From sequence record OQ790161.1: a stretch of 64,000 bases of DNA. One strand, given 5' to 3'. Both the position numbers and the translations under genes were made by a program. Positions 43,297 through 52,749 of this stretch are shown piece after piece. How positions within the stretch are numbered: position 1 is the stretch's first letter; every line of letters starts with the position of its first letter. The notes below the pieces were generated by a model that saw nothing but the letters and a program-made list of their open reading frames with translations, made no database searches and had not been told where the DNA came from.

Positions 43297-43996
43297 AGAT
43301 GGCGGTGGGGTGTACGTTGGAGAGAAGGTCAGTCGCCAAGGTGATATGGGTGAAGGCCTGAAGCTAGAGATCCTGCGTGAGGAGGACGGCGATTTGATCG
43401 TGAGCATCATGGGGGTGCACGATCGTTTCAGTCCTGACCACGCCATCCAGTTCTGTGTGCCGGGTACGGGCGGTGGTAGCAGTCGCCACACCTTCAAGGC
43501 ACTGCAAGACCTGCGCGTGGCCATGGCCCTGGACGAACAGGAACGCAAACAACCGGTGCCTGATCGCTCCATCAATGTCGTGTTGTCGAACTTGAATGAC
43601 GAGCGGCCGAACTACGGTGGCGTGGTTATTCCACGTGAAGCGATGCAGGCCGCCTTCCTGAAGTTCAATGAACGCCTGAGCGCCGCCGGCGGTCTGCGGG
43701 TGGAGTTGGGAACTCCGAAGCCTGATCTGTTTGAGAAACCCGGCGACTATGCCAGGCGTATCGTCAGTACGGTGGATGAGACCAAGGTCTGCGGTAAGTT
43801 GGAGGCTATCCGCATCGAAGGCAACCAAGTCGTCGCCAAGTTCACCAAGACCGGACCTATGGCTCACGTGCTCACGGACTTGTCCTACCCGAAGGACTAT
43901 GTCTTCGGGATTCGTTACTTGAGCGGGATTGACGGAGAAGGAAAGAAAACCTTCGTAGGTCCGATGACGTGGTCTGTCGTTGCGCCCGAGCGTTAA
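43283..43996 (+). CDS. Two-domain protein; C-terminal half resembles T4 gp21-type prohead protease (probably inactive)
   Basis: ELGTP...VCGKL..IRIEGNQVVAKF..TGP...FGIRY, with catalytic His/Ser positions apparently substituted. Confidence 0.45.
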   Translation: MAMAEDGGGVYVGEKVSRQGDMGEGLKLEILREEDGDLIVSIMGVHDRFSPDHAIQFCVPGTGGGSSRHTFKALQDLRVAMALDEQERKQPVPDRSINVVLSNLNDERPNYGGVVIPREAMQAAFLKFNERLSAAGGLRVELGTPKPDLFEKPGDYARRIVSTVDETKVCGKLEAIRIEGNQVVAKFTKTGPMAHVLTDLSYPKDYVFGIRYLSGIDGEGKKTFVGPMTWSVVAPER

Positions 43997-44021
43997 CAAC
44001 AAGAACCTTAAGGGGATGTAA

Positions 44022-44804
44022 GTGCAAGTCGTACAGATGGAGCGCCCAACGCGCAGCAGCTATTACAAGAACGATTACAACAAGGGCGATGTCAAGTTCC
44101 GGCAACGGGCTTTGGTGATGCGGTTCATGGAAAAGCATCTGGGCGATATGCCCAATCCGACCTTTCTCACATTGCCAGGGGAGAGCTGGCTGTTTGAGAT
44201 GATGATGCTGCAGCGTTGGCCGCAAGCCTCGTTTGTGGGTGTGGAGAAATCGGCCAGCACCTACGCACGTTCGCGCCTGAGCATCCCGCGCAATGCGCTG
44301 GCGATGTACCACAACCGCGACGAAGTGCAAGACCGTGAGTACGCATACGGGCGCTCCAGTCTCGTGTACAGTCGTATCTCCAACGGAGTGGACAACAAGG
44401 GTTGGTCCCCTGCTGGCACCCGTCGTCGCTCCAATCGTTTGGTGTTGATGGATGTCAACAACTACCTGACGATGATCGCTGAAGATCACGGCGCGACGCT
44501 GCCTCAGAAGAAGGCATTCGTTTACAAGTTCCTCCACAAGCACGGTGTGTGGTTGGACTACACCGGCACTCTTTCACCCAAGACCTTGCGGGGCATTGCG
44601 CACTTGCACATGTGTTTGGGCGACACCCGCTTCCCCAAGCCGGTGGTAATCACCGTGTTCAATGGCCGCGATAAGTTCAAGTCCAAGGAAGAGCGCGTAG
44701 CGGCTATCAAAGCTGCGCAGCCGGGTTTGGACGTGCGTCGTGTGTGGACCTACAAAGGCGCAGGCGGCTGCTCGATGCTGACCGTCTGTGGCGTCATGAT
44801 CTAA
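44022..44804 (+). CDS. Putative SAM-dependent methyltransferase-fold protein
   Basis: FLTLPG, VGVEK, LMDV, VWLDYTG order mirrors class I MTase motifs. Confidence 0.45.
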   Translation: MQVVQMERPTRSSYYKNDYNKGDVKFRQRALVMRFMEKHLGDMPNPTFLTLPGESWLFEMMMLQRWPQASFVGVEKSASTYARSRLSIPRNALAMYHNRDEVQDREYAYGRSSLVYSRISNGVDNKGWSPAGTRRRSNRLVLMDVNNYLTMIAEDHGATLPQKKAFVYKFLHKHGVWLDYTGTLSPKTLRGIAHLHMCLGDTRFPKPVVITVFNGRDKFKSKEERVAAIKAAQPGLDVRRVWTYKGAGGCSMLTVCGVMI

Positions 44805-44813
44805 GGAAACCAG

Positions 44814-45224
44814 ATGACTGTTCAACCCCCGAAGCCCCGCGTTATCAAAACCCGCATCTTTGTTGGGCGTAGCGTGGAGGAAGTCAACAAGATCCACGCC
44901 GTAGTCGGCGGCCCTGCACCGGTGTCGTATGACACGTATCGCGAAACCCACGGGTTCACCGGTGATCCCTTCGAGTGGGCGCCGCGGTTGCTCAAACACT
45001 GGGGCACTGAACGTCCCTTGGCCACGGTCTACTATATCCGTCCCCATCTGGAGCGGATCGACAGTGAACGCCCGCCGTACAAATCGATCATGAAATTGCC
45101 CGGTACGCCGGAGCAGTTTGGTTTCCTCACCGATGAAATGTGGGTTGTCAATCCCGACGCCAACTGCGTCCACAATTGGCGCGGTATGAACCCGACCCAC
45201 CCCTCCAACAGTTTGGACCTGTAA
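44814..45224 (+). CDS. Hypothetical protein
   Basis: AAGGA RBS. Confidence 0.75.
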   Translation: MTVQPPKPRVIKTRIFVGRSVEEVNKIHAVVGGPAPVSYDTYRETHGFTGDPFEWAPRLLKHWGTERPLATVYYIRPHLERIDSERPPYKSIMKLPGTPEQFGFLTDEMWVVNPDANCVHNWRGMNPTHPSNSLDL

Positions 45225-45226
45225 CC

Positions 45227-45508
45227 ATGGAACTCACTCTCAACAAACCGACGGCGCCTTTCGATCGCGTGGAGCAGATGATCGCCTACGTCAACCTCCA
45301 GTGGGCCATCAACCGCGTTCGTCGGCGTGTCAGCAACGACAACGTCACCGGTTTGCTGGGACTGGCGGTCTTCATGCAGGAGAACTTCCCGCGCCCGCCA
45401 CTGACGTTCGGGCAGAAGTTGTTGCAGCCGTTCCGTCAGCTGAAGCATCGCTTCATGCTCAAGTTCTTCCCGGAGCCGATCGATAACTCCTGCCCCTGCT
45501 GCCCCTAA
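45227..45508 (+). CDS. Hypothetical protein
   Basis: ATG 2 nt after upstream stop. Confidence 0.65.
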   Translation: MELTLNKPTAPFDRVEQMIAYVNLQWAINRVRRRVSNDNVTGLLGLAVFMQENFPRPPLTFGQKLLQPFRQLKHRFMLKFFPEPIDNSCPCCP

Positions 45509-45527
45509 GGACGATGAAGGAGTAAGT

Positions 45528-46172
45528 ATGCGCATCTCCCTCGTACGTCATGGTCAGTCCGAATCGAATATCGGCATCCATGACCACAGTGCCGCAGGTG
45601 ACCACAAAGTCAACCTGACGGGCACCGGGATGACCCAAGCCCGTGGTGCCGGTTATCTGCTCCAAGAAGAACTGCAGGCGACCGAAGAAGGCCATACGCT
45701 GATTTACTGCTCGCCCTATCGGCGTACGCGTCAGACGCTCGAGCAGATGCTCCTAGGTGGGGAAGTCCGTCAGCTTCCCCGTGTGTTCGAAGATGCCCGT
45801 CTGCGTGAGATCGAACGGGGCTACGGAAACTCGGAAGAACAGCAGGCCCTGCGTAAGATTCATGGTTGGTTCTATTACCGCTACGCTGGCGGTGAGAGTC
45901 CGGCCGATTGTTTCGATCGCATCAGTAGCTTCCTGGAAAGCATGATGCGTCAGGTCGAACGTAAGAAACCTGATGACGTGGTGATCGTGACGCACGGGCT
46001 GGCCATTCGTTGCTTCATCATGCGCTTCATGCACTTGACGGTGGAGCAGTTCGAATCGCTGGACAATCCCGACAACTGCGACATCATTACCATCGACCTG
46101 AAAGAGAACATCGAAGCGCCGGTGTTTGTCAGTGGCCGTTGGGCTGTGGAAGGCATTCGCCTGAGGAGTTGA
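45528..46172 (+). CDS. Histidine phosphatase (phosphoglycerate mutase family)
   Basis: RHGQSESN, SPYRRTRQT, LRE, GES, VTHG. Confidence 0.92.
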   Translation: MRISLVRHGQSESNIGIHDHSAAGDHKVNLTGTGMTQARGAGYLLQEELQATEEGHTLIYCSPYRRTRQTLEQMLLGGEVRQLPRVFEDARLREIERGYGNSEEQQALRKIHGWFYYRYAGGESPADCFDRISSFLESMMRQVERKKPDDVVIVTHGLAIRCFIMRFMHLTVEQFESLDNPDNCDIITIDLKENIEAPVFVSGRWAVEGIRLRS

Positions 46173-46173
46173 T

Positions 46174-46440
46174 ATGCCCCTGCGCCGCTTTTACCTGATC
46201 GCCGATCCGATGCAGACCGTCCACGCTGAATCGATGGCGGCCCTGCACGGAGGTGACTCTGCTGTTCGCAAGTGCTTGCCTGCATGGGCGGCACGTGCCA
46301 TGAGCCAAGGCAAGCTGGTTGAACCCTGCGCCTGTTGCAACAAGCTCACGGACATGGTCACCGACCAAGACCCCACTGTCGCCATCCCGCGTGAAAGGTT
46401 CTACAGCCTCTATCGCGAAATTACCCTGACCAAGCACTGA
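46174..46440 (+). CDS. Hypothetical protein
   Basis: GAGGAG RBS. Confidence 0.7.
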   Translation: MPLRRFYLIADPMQTVHAESMAALHGGDSAVRKCLPAWAARAMSQGKLVEPCACCNKLTDMVTDQDPTVAIPRERFYSLYREITLTKH

Positions 46441-46745
46441 TGATCATCGCCCAGGAAGTATTGGTTCCCCGTTTTGCCAAGATCCGCCAGTATGCTGTCA
46501 AGTCACTCAACTACAGCCTGCCGTATATCGCACGGCAGTTGGGAGTGGCGTTCGCTGGCCTGACGTTCGAAATCACCGAATGGAAGCGCATGAGTCGCGC
46601 CCATGCGCTGGTGACGGTCAAGGTGACTCGTGACACGGAGGAGCAGATCCTCCAGTTTGAAATCCCCGCCAAGAAAGTCCCCTCCCGCACGGCACTGCAC
46701 TTGCCGTTACTGTCCAAGACCCGGAGTAGCCATGCAAAAGCCTGA
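46440..46745 (+). CDS. Hypothetical protein
   Basis: TGATG overlap. Confidence 0.65.
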   Translation: MIIAQEVLVPRFAKIRQYAVKSLNYSLPYIARQLGVAFAGLTFEITEWKRMSRAHALVTVKVTRDTEEQILQFEIPAKKVPSRTALHLPLLSKTRSSHAKA

Positions 46746-46950
46746 AAGGACCTTACTGCGCCTGCGCACCAGCATGAAAGGGCGCACCGAAGAAGAAGCG
46801 CAGACCCAGCTGCAAATCCAAGCGGCGATCCCCGGCGCGTTTGTGGCCTACCGGGATGGTGATGATGTCATCAGCTTGCATGAGGACAGCCTCCCGGAAT
46901 CGCAGGACAACGCAAAGGCGCGCCGTGTTACGGCGGTGGTGCCGTGGTGA
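46732..46950 (+). CDS. Hypothetical protein
   Basis: GGAG RBS before ATG 46732. Confidence 0.65.
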   Translation: MQKPERTLLRLRTSMKGRTEEEAQTQLQIQAAIPGAFVAYRDGDDVISLHEDSLPESQDNAKARRVTAVVPW

Positions 46951-47216
46951 GCCGTCTTCGCGTTTACACCGGCCGCATGAGTATTGCGATGCTTGCCGCT
47001 GCTGGTCTGGCCGCAGCCGCTGGTGCAGCGCTGCCCAAGCCGACGGGTCACCGCCCGCAGGATGATGACTACGACGAATCCCAGCACACCGGCGGTCGCC
47101 GTCATTACGAGTCCGAACCTGCCGAATGCGAAAGTGAGTCTCGCGACGATCGGCCGGAATGGCAGAAGATCGGTGATCGCAAAGGACGCTCTCGCCCCAA
47201 CAAGAGCCGACGCTGA
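46944..47216 (+). CDS. Hypothetical protein with C-terminal RPEWQK motif
   Basis: Operon context; motif shared with next gene. Confidence 0.65.
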   Translation: MVSRLRVYTGRMSIAMLAAAGLAAAAGAALPKPTGHRPQDDDYDESQHTGGRRHYESEPAECESESRDDRPEWQKIGDRKGRSRPNKSRR

Positions 47217-47413
47217 TGTACGGTCAAACTCCGGAAGGGTATTACACCCAAGACGTTCGTGGTGGGTTTAGTGCGGCCCGTCATACCTACCACATTCGCC
47301 GTCCCAGTCAGAAAATCCAAATGGACGATAAGCTCCATCTCGTGGACCGCCGTCCCGAGTGGCAGAAACTGCGCGACCGTAAAGGTCATTTGCGCACCCA
47401 GAAGAAACGCTAA
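47216..47413 (+). CDS. Small basic protein with RPEWQK motif
   Basis: TGATG overlap. Confidence 0.65.
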   Translation: MYGQTPEGYYTQDVRGGFSAARHTYHIRRPSQKIQMDDKLHLVDRRPEWQKLRDRKGHLRTQKKR

Positions 47414-47415
47414 CC

Positions 47416-47634
47416 ATGCCCGAGTATCACACCCAACGCGCACCGTGCGGTCACCACATCGAAACCTGCGTGCATTACAACCTGCGTCATGACGTCTACT
47501 ACGTAAGTGCCCGTAACGTAGAGCGCGTCACTCGGCTGGTGGGTCCGCTGACCCTGCGCCGTGACATCAACCGCCATGTCCTCACTCAGTCGCAGGTTGA
47601 CTGGCTGCACGACAACAACTACATCATCGCCTGA
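47416..47634 (+). CDS. Hypothetical protein
   Basis: Operon context. Confidence 0.65.
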   Translation: MPEYHTQRAPCGHHIETCVHYNLRHDVYYVSARNVERVTRLVGPLTLRRDINRHVLTQSQVDWLHDNNYIIA

Positions 47635-47641
47635 GGTAAGT

Positions 47642-48154
47642 ATGTCCGATACCAATGAAGCATCCTTCTCCGAGCGCTGGGCCAAGCGGGACCCCGACAA
47701 GCTCTCCACCTTCCTAGGGGGCAAGCGTACGCCACTCCAGTTGATCATTGCCAATTCCATCGAAGATGCCATGAAATGCGCCACGGTGCTGGGTGCGCCG
47801 ATGGCGGATTCGCTGGAGAGCCTGTTCAATGCCAAGGGCGTGAAGCTGCTCCCGCCGCACGGTCAGCAGCGCACGGGCTACGAAGAACGCCTGACCATGA
47901 TCACCGACTTGCTGAGTGCAGGGCAGTCGGGCGTTTACGTCGCCGCACCGGATCGCCAGTCCGGCGAATCGATCTCGGCACTGGCCGCACGCTACAATTG
48001 GCCGGAGAAGCTGTTCTTCCTGACCGACGAGATGTGGATCTGTGAGAACGGTATCGCCGCCCCGACGCGTGCTCGCGACGGTGATCGTGTGGCGTTCGAC
48101 TATTCCCAAGCCATTCTGAACGAAGGCTCTGGCCACGCCGCAATGCCCGAATAA
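47642..48154 (+). CDS. Hypothetical protein
   Basis: GAGG RBS before ATG 47642. Confidence 0.75.
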   Translation: MSDTNEASFSERWAKRDPDKLSTFLGGKRTPLQLIIANSIEDAMKCATVLGAPMADSLESLFNAKGVKLLPPHGQQRTGYEERLTMITDLLSAGQSGVYVAAPDRQSGESISALAARYNWPEKLFFLTDEMWICENGIAAPTRARDGDRVAFDYSQAILNEGSGHAAMPE

Positions 48155-48157
48155 GTC

Positions 48158-48184
48158 CATAGCCCGCCTTCGGGCGGGTCTATG
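48158..48184. terminator. CATA-hairpin-TATG module
   Basis: cata-gcccgcc-ttcg-ggcgggt-c-tatg. Confidence 0.75.
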
Positions 48185-48244
48185 CCGTCGATACGTCATT
48201 CCCTACACAACCGCTTCACCCTGTAAGCCTTAAGGAGTTATCCC

Positions 48245-48382
48245 ATGGAACGTTTCCTTGCCATCGTTGGCGGGTGCACCCTGTTCTATGCCGCCGTCAA
48301 GCTCAACAACTGGATCGTGGCCGTCCGTGTGGATGATGCCCTGCGCAACCGTGGCATCAACCCGCATGAGAGGACCCCATGA
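48245..48382 (+). CDS. Small membrane protein (45 aa)
   Basis: TAAGGAG RBS; not in ORF track. Confidence 0.6.
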   Translation: MERFLAIVGGCTLFYAAVKLNNWIVAVRVDDALRNRGINPHERTP

Positions 48383-48720
48383 CCATTCGCGGATACACTG
48401 CGTGCCTGTCCTTACCCACCGAGGAGAGTTTCTCTTCGTTGGACTACGTCAAGCTCCGGGCACGCAGTAAGAAGGACGCCAAGGCTCAAGCAGAGCAACT
48501 GGCACTTGACGCTAAGGGCGAGATGTTGGCGGTGTACTCGGACTCCTTCGCCAATGCCACCAAGCGTGATATGCGAGCGGCGCACCGTAACATCAATCCA
48601 CACCTGCGTCCTGCGTTTGATCTCAAGTACCGGCATAAAGGCCGGCCCATCAAGGGCCGGCGTAATGTCCCACGCCCCAAGCGGGGTCTGACCATCACGA
48701 TCTCCGACTTCGGTAACTGA
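48379..48720 (+). CDS. Basic protein with YxHKGRPxKGR motif
   Basis: ATGA overlap; motif shared with next gene. Confidence 0.75.
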   Translation: MTIRGYTACLSLPTEESFSSLDYVKLRARSKKDAKAQAEQLALDAKGEMLAVYSDSFANATKRDMRAAHRNINPHLRPAFDLKYRHKGRPIKGRRNVPRPKRGLTITISDFGN

Positions 48721-48721
48721 G

Positions 48722-49135
48722 ATGACCATCAAGAAAACCTACGAACTGCAAGTCGATCACCACGACGGCAGTATCGACCATATCGAGCGCAAGGGTAAGA
48801 CCGCCGAGGATGCCCTCAAGCACGCCGAGCAGGAATTCCCCGAAGCGTCCTATATCAGCATCACTGGGCGCAAGAACGATGCCAAGTGGCGACGACTCTA
48901 CATGAGTCTCGAGGACCGACCTGTCTTCCCTCACAAAAGTGCTCGGTTTGGCGAATACGTCTACCTGCACAAAGGTCGTCCGGCCAAAGGACGTAAGGTG
49001 CAGTCCTCGCGTCGTTACGGCGCTCGCCGCGTCGTTGCTGTGTGGGTGGAGTCCTATTCCGCACCTGTCACCAAATTCCTCCAAGATTGGATCGGCTTGA
49101 TTGCCGAAGATCTCCCCATCCAGGTACCCGCATGA
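48722..49135 (+). CDS. Basic protein with YxHKGRPxKGR motif
   Basis: Tandem paralog. Confidence 0.75.
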   Translation: MTIKKTYELQVDHHDGSIDHIERKGKTAEDALKHAEQEFPEASYISITGRKNDAKWRRLYMSLEDRPVFPHKSARFGEYVYLHKGRPAKGRKVQSSRRYGARRVVAVWVESYSAPVTKFLQDWIGLIAEDLPIQVPA

Positions 49136-50379
49136 ACGACATCACCCCCTCCACCATCCAGCCTGACAACCACCCTGCCCTGCTGGCCTCAGTGAGCGAA
49201 CTCAAAACCAAGGTCGTCAGCACCTACAAGGAACAGGTCTACCGCAAGTCACTGTCGGACCTGGCCGGTATGACCTTCGAGCCGCTGGCTGGTTTGCGGG
49301 TGACGTTCCTTCCCTCGATGTTCCCCACCAGTTCTTTCGAGCAGCCGGAAAACAGCAACGTCGTTTACACCGTCCATTACGTTGAGTACCTGACGGGCCA
49401 TCAGCGTATCTTGATGGCCGTGGTGGATCTGGCAGAAGGTTACGTGCCGTTAAACGTGAGCCGCACTGCGTTTAAGGACGCCTTGAAGCACTCGTTGGAG
49501 TTCCACCTCAACGAGTCAGGCTACTCCTTGGCGGACACGCCGCCGGATGGCCTGCGTAAGGTTAGTAACGTCCATATCGGCCACGAGCGCTTGGAAGCAC
49601 TCTTCAACCCCACCGCGTTCGTTAAGAACATGGTGCTGCGTTACGGCGTGCGTACGACCCGCGAAAAGATCTCGGTGGAAATCGTGGGCAACCACTTGGT
49701 CAGTAGCGCCCCGGCGGTTGCCCTGAAGACCTTGGAATACCGACTGCCGGGCGTGTCTTCGGTAAGTGGACATCTGATGGCGCAGGAGTTGGCAGTAGAG
49801 TTGGCTCCTTATGTCGACAAGGACCTGATCGCATTCTTCGCAGATGAAACGTTGGTTTATCTGGTAACGATCGATCGCGATGAGGAATTGTTGCCCAAGG
49901 ACTATCCCAACGCCAACTTCCGGTACCTGAATGTCTACCGGTTCCGTATGGTACCGGCACTTCCAACCTACGAGACCATTTCCCGCGGTAATTTCAAGCT
50001 GGAAAACAAGATTCTCTCCCACCATCTTGATGTGACACTGATCGATCCGAGCGAAGAGGGCAAGATCGAAGTGTTGGATCCGGACAACTGGGTCTTCTTG
50101 GCCCATGTCACTTCGGCCAGCTACTACATCACCTCTGAATACGATCGACTCACCCCGTTCGGTGATGAAATGAGTTTCGCTCAATTCGAGCGCCTGACCG
50201 CCGCCCTCAATACCGGCGCCATCACACCCACACATTTCAGCCCTCCTCAGCCTGCGCCGGAACGGGTGGTGGAAGTTCCTGATGCCGTGGAAGAACGCAT
50301 CCTGCCGTGGACGTTCTTCGATCGCATCCGCATGGCCTGGCGGGCGTTCAACACGCCTGACCCCATCCACAAGGAGTAA
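49132..50379 (+). CDS. Hypothetical protein (paralog of 51110..52255)
   Basis: EQVYRKSLSDLAGMTFEPLAGLRVTF. Confidence 0.8.
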   Translation: MNDITPSTIQPDNHPALLASVSELKTKVVSTYKEQVYRKSLSDLAGMTFEPLAGLRVTFLPSMFPTSSFEQPENSNVVYTVHYVEYLTGHQRILMAVVDLAEGYVPLNVSRTAFKDALKHSLEFHLNESGYSLADTPPDGLRKVSNVHIGHERLEALFNPTAFVKNMVLRYGVRTTREKISVEIVGNHLVSSAPAVALKTLEYRLPGVSSVSGHLMAQELAVELAPYVDKDLIAFFADETLVYLVTIDRDEELLPKDYPNANFRYLNVYRFRMVPALPTYETISRGNFKLENKILSHHLDVTLIDPSEEGKIEVLDPDNWVFLAHVTSASYYITSEYDRLTPFGDEMSFAQFERLTAALNTGAITPTHFSPPQPAPERVVEVPDAVEERILPWTFFDRIRMAWRAFNTPDPIHKE

Positions 50380-50381
50380 GT

Positions 50382-50735
50382 ATGTCCTCTTTCGAACGCG
50401 TCAAGCCCATCGACTTCTTCTCGCAACTGGGTCGTCCCGCGCCGCTGGATTTGATGGGTCCCCGGTTGCCGAAGTACGTCACACAGGCCGAACGGGAAGA
50501 AGCCGAAGAGGCGATGCGCAAGCTGTGGGCACGTGTACGTGTTTTCCCCGGCGTGGTGACGGAACTGCCGACCGTCAAGGCAAGTGACCTGACCACCGCT
50601 GATGTCCTGATCACGCTCGACAGCCTCAGCATGCATGAAGATCAGAAGCAACTGACCGTCGTGCACTCCAAGCGCCGCACTGCCGGACGACCGATGTTCA
50701 AGCTGGCATTCGATCCGCATGCGTCTGGTCACTGA
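50382..50735 (+). CDS. Hypothetical protein
   Basis: AAGGAG RBS. Confidence 0.75.
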   Translation: MSSFERVKPIDFFSQLGRPAPLDLMGPRLPKYVTQAEREEAEEAMRKLWARVRVFPGVVTELPTVKASDLTTADVLITLDSLSMHEDQKQLTVVHSKRRTAGRPMFKLAFDPHASGH

Positions 50736-51108
50736 GCCCGAGTTCAACCAGCGTATCAAGGAACTGTTGGCCGACCCACGCTTTGATAGCGTGGGCTCGG
50801 TTACCGGTCCCGGTCGGTCAGGCGCCATCGCCGCGGTGTATGCCTCGCATATCCTGCGGGTGCCGTTTGTAACGTACGGCGGTAAGCCGCCGTTACAACA
50901 TGGCAAGTTGTTGATCATCGATACCGCAATCGAAACGGGATCGACCATGGAACGTGCCGTCAAGCGTTACGGGGCAGAAGACACCCTGACGCTGGCGTGC
51001 TATCACGAACCGCCTCGTGTGATGTTCTGGTACGAATCCCCCAAACCCCAAACCTATCGCCACGAGAAGAAAATGTCTCGTGCGCAATACGAACTCTCAA
51101 GGATGTAA
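50719..51108 (+). CDS. Type I phosphoribosyltransferase-fold protein
   Basis: GPGRSGAIAA and PRPP-loop-like LLIIDTAIETGSTM. Confidence 0.7.
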   Translation: MRLVTEPEFNQRIKELLADPRFDSVGSVTGPGRSGAIAAVYASHILRVPFVTYGGKPPLQHGKLLIIDTAIETGSTMERAVKRYGAEDTLTLACYHEPPRVMFWYESPKPQTYRHEKKMSRAQYELSRM

Positions 51109-51109
51109 A

Positions 51110-52255
51110 ATGAGTAAGAGTGAAATCTCGCTGTGGGCCGCTGGTGGGGATATGCGTCAACGTGCGCTCAAAGCGATTGAGCATTCCCACTACACCGTTC
51201 TGCAAAACCGAATGGTGGAGGAGGTCTACCCGCTGAAGATCGCCGACTTGGCGGGCAAGTCCTTCCGTCCGCTGTCCGGTTTCACGGTGAGTTTCGATGA
51301 AGTTCTGCCGATGGCACAAGCCCGCGAACCTTCCGTCGCTGATGTGGCCAGTTTCGATTATGTCGAATACGGCACCGGCTACCGTCTGAAGGTTTACCTG
51401 ACGGTCGAACTGGATGAAGACTACCTGCCCCTCGGTGTGGAGCTCCAAGCTTTCATCGATGCGGTGAAAGTCCAGACCGAACAAATGATCAATGCGTGCG
51501 GGTATACGTTCAATGACGCACCGATCATGGGACTGCGCAGTGTCAACAACTACGTCGGGGACTGCAATGCTCTTTTCGAGAATCTCTTCGTCGTGGACGA
51601 GGCACTGACAAGACTGGTCAAGCATAACCTCAATGACCAACAACCGCTGATCTTTGAAGAGACCGCAAGTGACTTCCGCTTCAGTGCCGCTATCAACGCC
51701 CTGCAGTTCCACACGCGTCTGGGCAACGAAGTGGTGATGGTCCACGTCGATGAACTCGGCGCGCTGGCAGCTCTTGATGAACGCCGCATCTGGATCACGA
51801 CAACTATTGTCGATGACGGGACCGGCATGCAGAAGAGGGTCACGAGCTATGCACTTGACGTGTGCCCGGAGAAAGGCGACGTCCACTACTGCTTGGACAT
51901 CCGTCCTTTTGATAGCGCTGTCAAACATTCCTTCGCTCTGGAAACGCAGGTGGTGGGTAAGGACGCCATTGTCATCCAACCGCGTGACTGGAAAGGTCGT
52001 GAGAGAACCTACGATCTGGCAGTGGATGATCCGGGTAGCTGGCGCATCCTGCATTACCACCGCGGTGTTCATCGTTACAACCACGAGTACCCCGAGTACA
52101 TCAACCGTGAACTTTTCAAGGGCCTGAATCTGGCACTGCCGGCACTGCTGAGTGCGCCGGCGCGCTCGATTCCCGTTGGGGTCCCGCGTTTTTCCATCCG
52201 TCGGTGGCTTGCCGATCTGTTCCGTTCGTGGTCGGACCGTCTCAACCGTGGTTAA
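51110..52255 (+). CDS. Hypothetical protein (paralog of 49132..50379)
   Basis: EEVYPLKIADLAGKSFRPLSGFTVSF. Confidence 0.8.
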   Translation: MSKSEISLWAAGGDMRQRALKAIEHSHYTVLQNRMVEEVYPLKIADLAGKSFRPLSGFTVSFDEVLPMAQAREPSVADVASFDYVEYGTGYRLKVYLTVELDEDYLPLGVELQAFIDAVKVQTEQMINACGYTFNDAPIMGLRSVNNYVGDCNALFENLFVVDEALTRLVKHNLNDQQPLIFEETASDFRFSAAINALQFHTRLGNEVVMVHVDELGALAALDERRIWITTTIVDDGTGMQKRVTSYALDVCPEKGDVHYCLDIRPFDSAVKHSFALETQVVGKDAIVIQPRDWKGRERTYDLAVDDPGSWRILHYHRGVHRYNHEYPEYINRELFKGLNLALPALLSAPARSIPVGVPRFSIRRWLADLFRSWSDRLNRG

Positions 52256-52265
52256 GGAGCGTGGA

Positions 52266-52739
52266 ATGAGCACTCGGTTTCGTCTGACCATCTACGTCAC
52301 CCTCGAACGGTTGGTGCAGCTGCTCACCCCGTACAAGGGCGAGATCACCAATGCGCAAGCGCTGGATTTCATTCCCCAGTTCAACACCCTGGTGGCTGAC
52401 AACTTCATTTGGGAACTCATGCTCGATGTACCGCATGCTCCCGAAGAACACAACCCGCACATCAATGGCATCGACATGATCATTGATGAGTACTTCAACA
52501 TGCATCGTCCGGAGGAACAATCTTCGGCGGTGTTGGCTCGAGAGGTGCGCACCCTGCGTCGCCTCTTCGGGACCGTGAACAGCTCCGGACTGCTCTACAC
52601 CGACGATGGTGAACTGTCCGACAGCTCCCAGCATCCGGCGATCGATTACCGCCGCGATTCTCTGGCCACCATTCAGGCCAAACTCAAGCGACGCGCTGAA
52701 CGGCTCGCTTACTACAAACAACACGGCAAAATGCCGTAG
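52266..52739 (+). CDS. Hypothetical protein
   Basis: TAAGGAG RBS. Confidence 0.75.
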   Translation: MSTRFRLTIYVTLERLVQLLTPYKGEITNAQALDFIPQFNTLVADNFIWELMLDVPHAPEEHNPHINGIDMIIDEYFNMHRPEEQSSAVLAREVRTLRRLFGTVNSSGLLYTDDGELSDSSQHPAIDYRRDSLATIQAKLKRRAERLAYYKQHGKMP

Positions 52740-52749
52740 GAGAAGTGTC

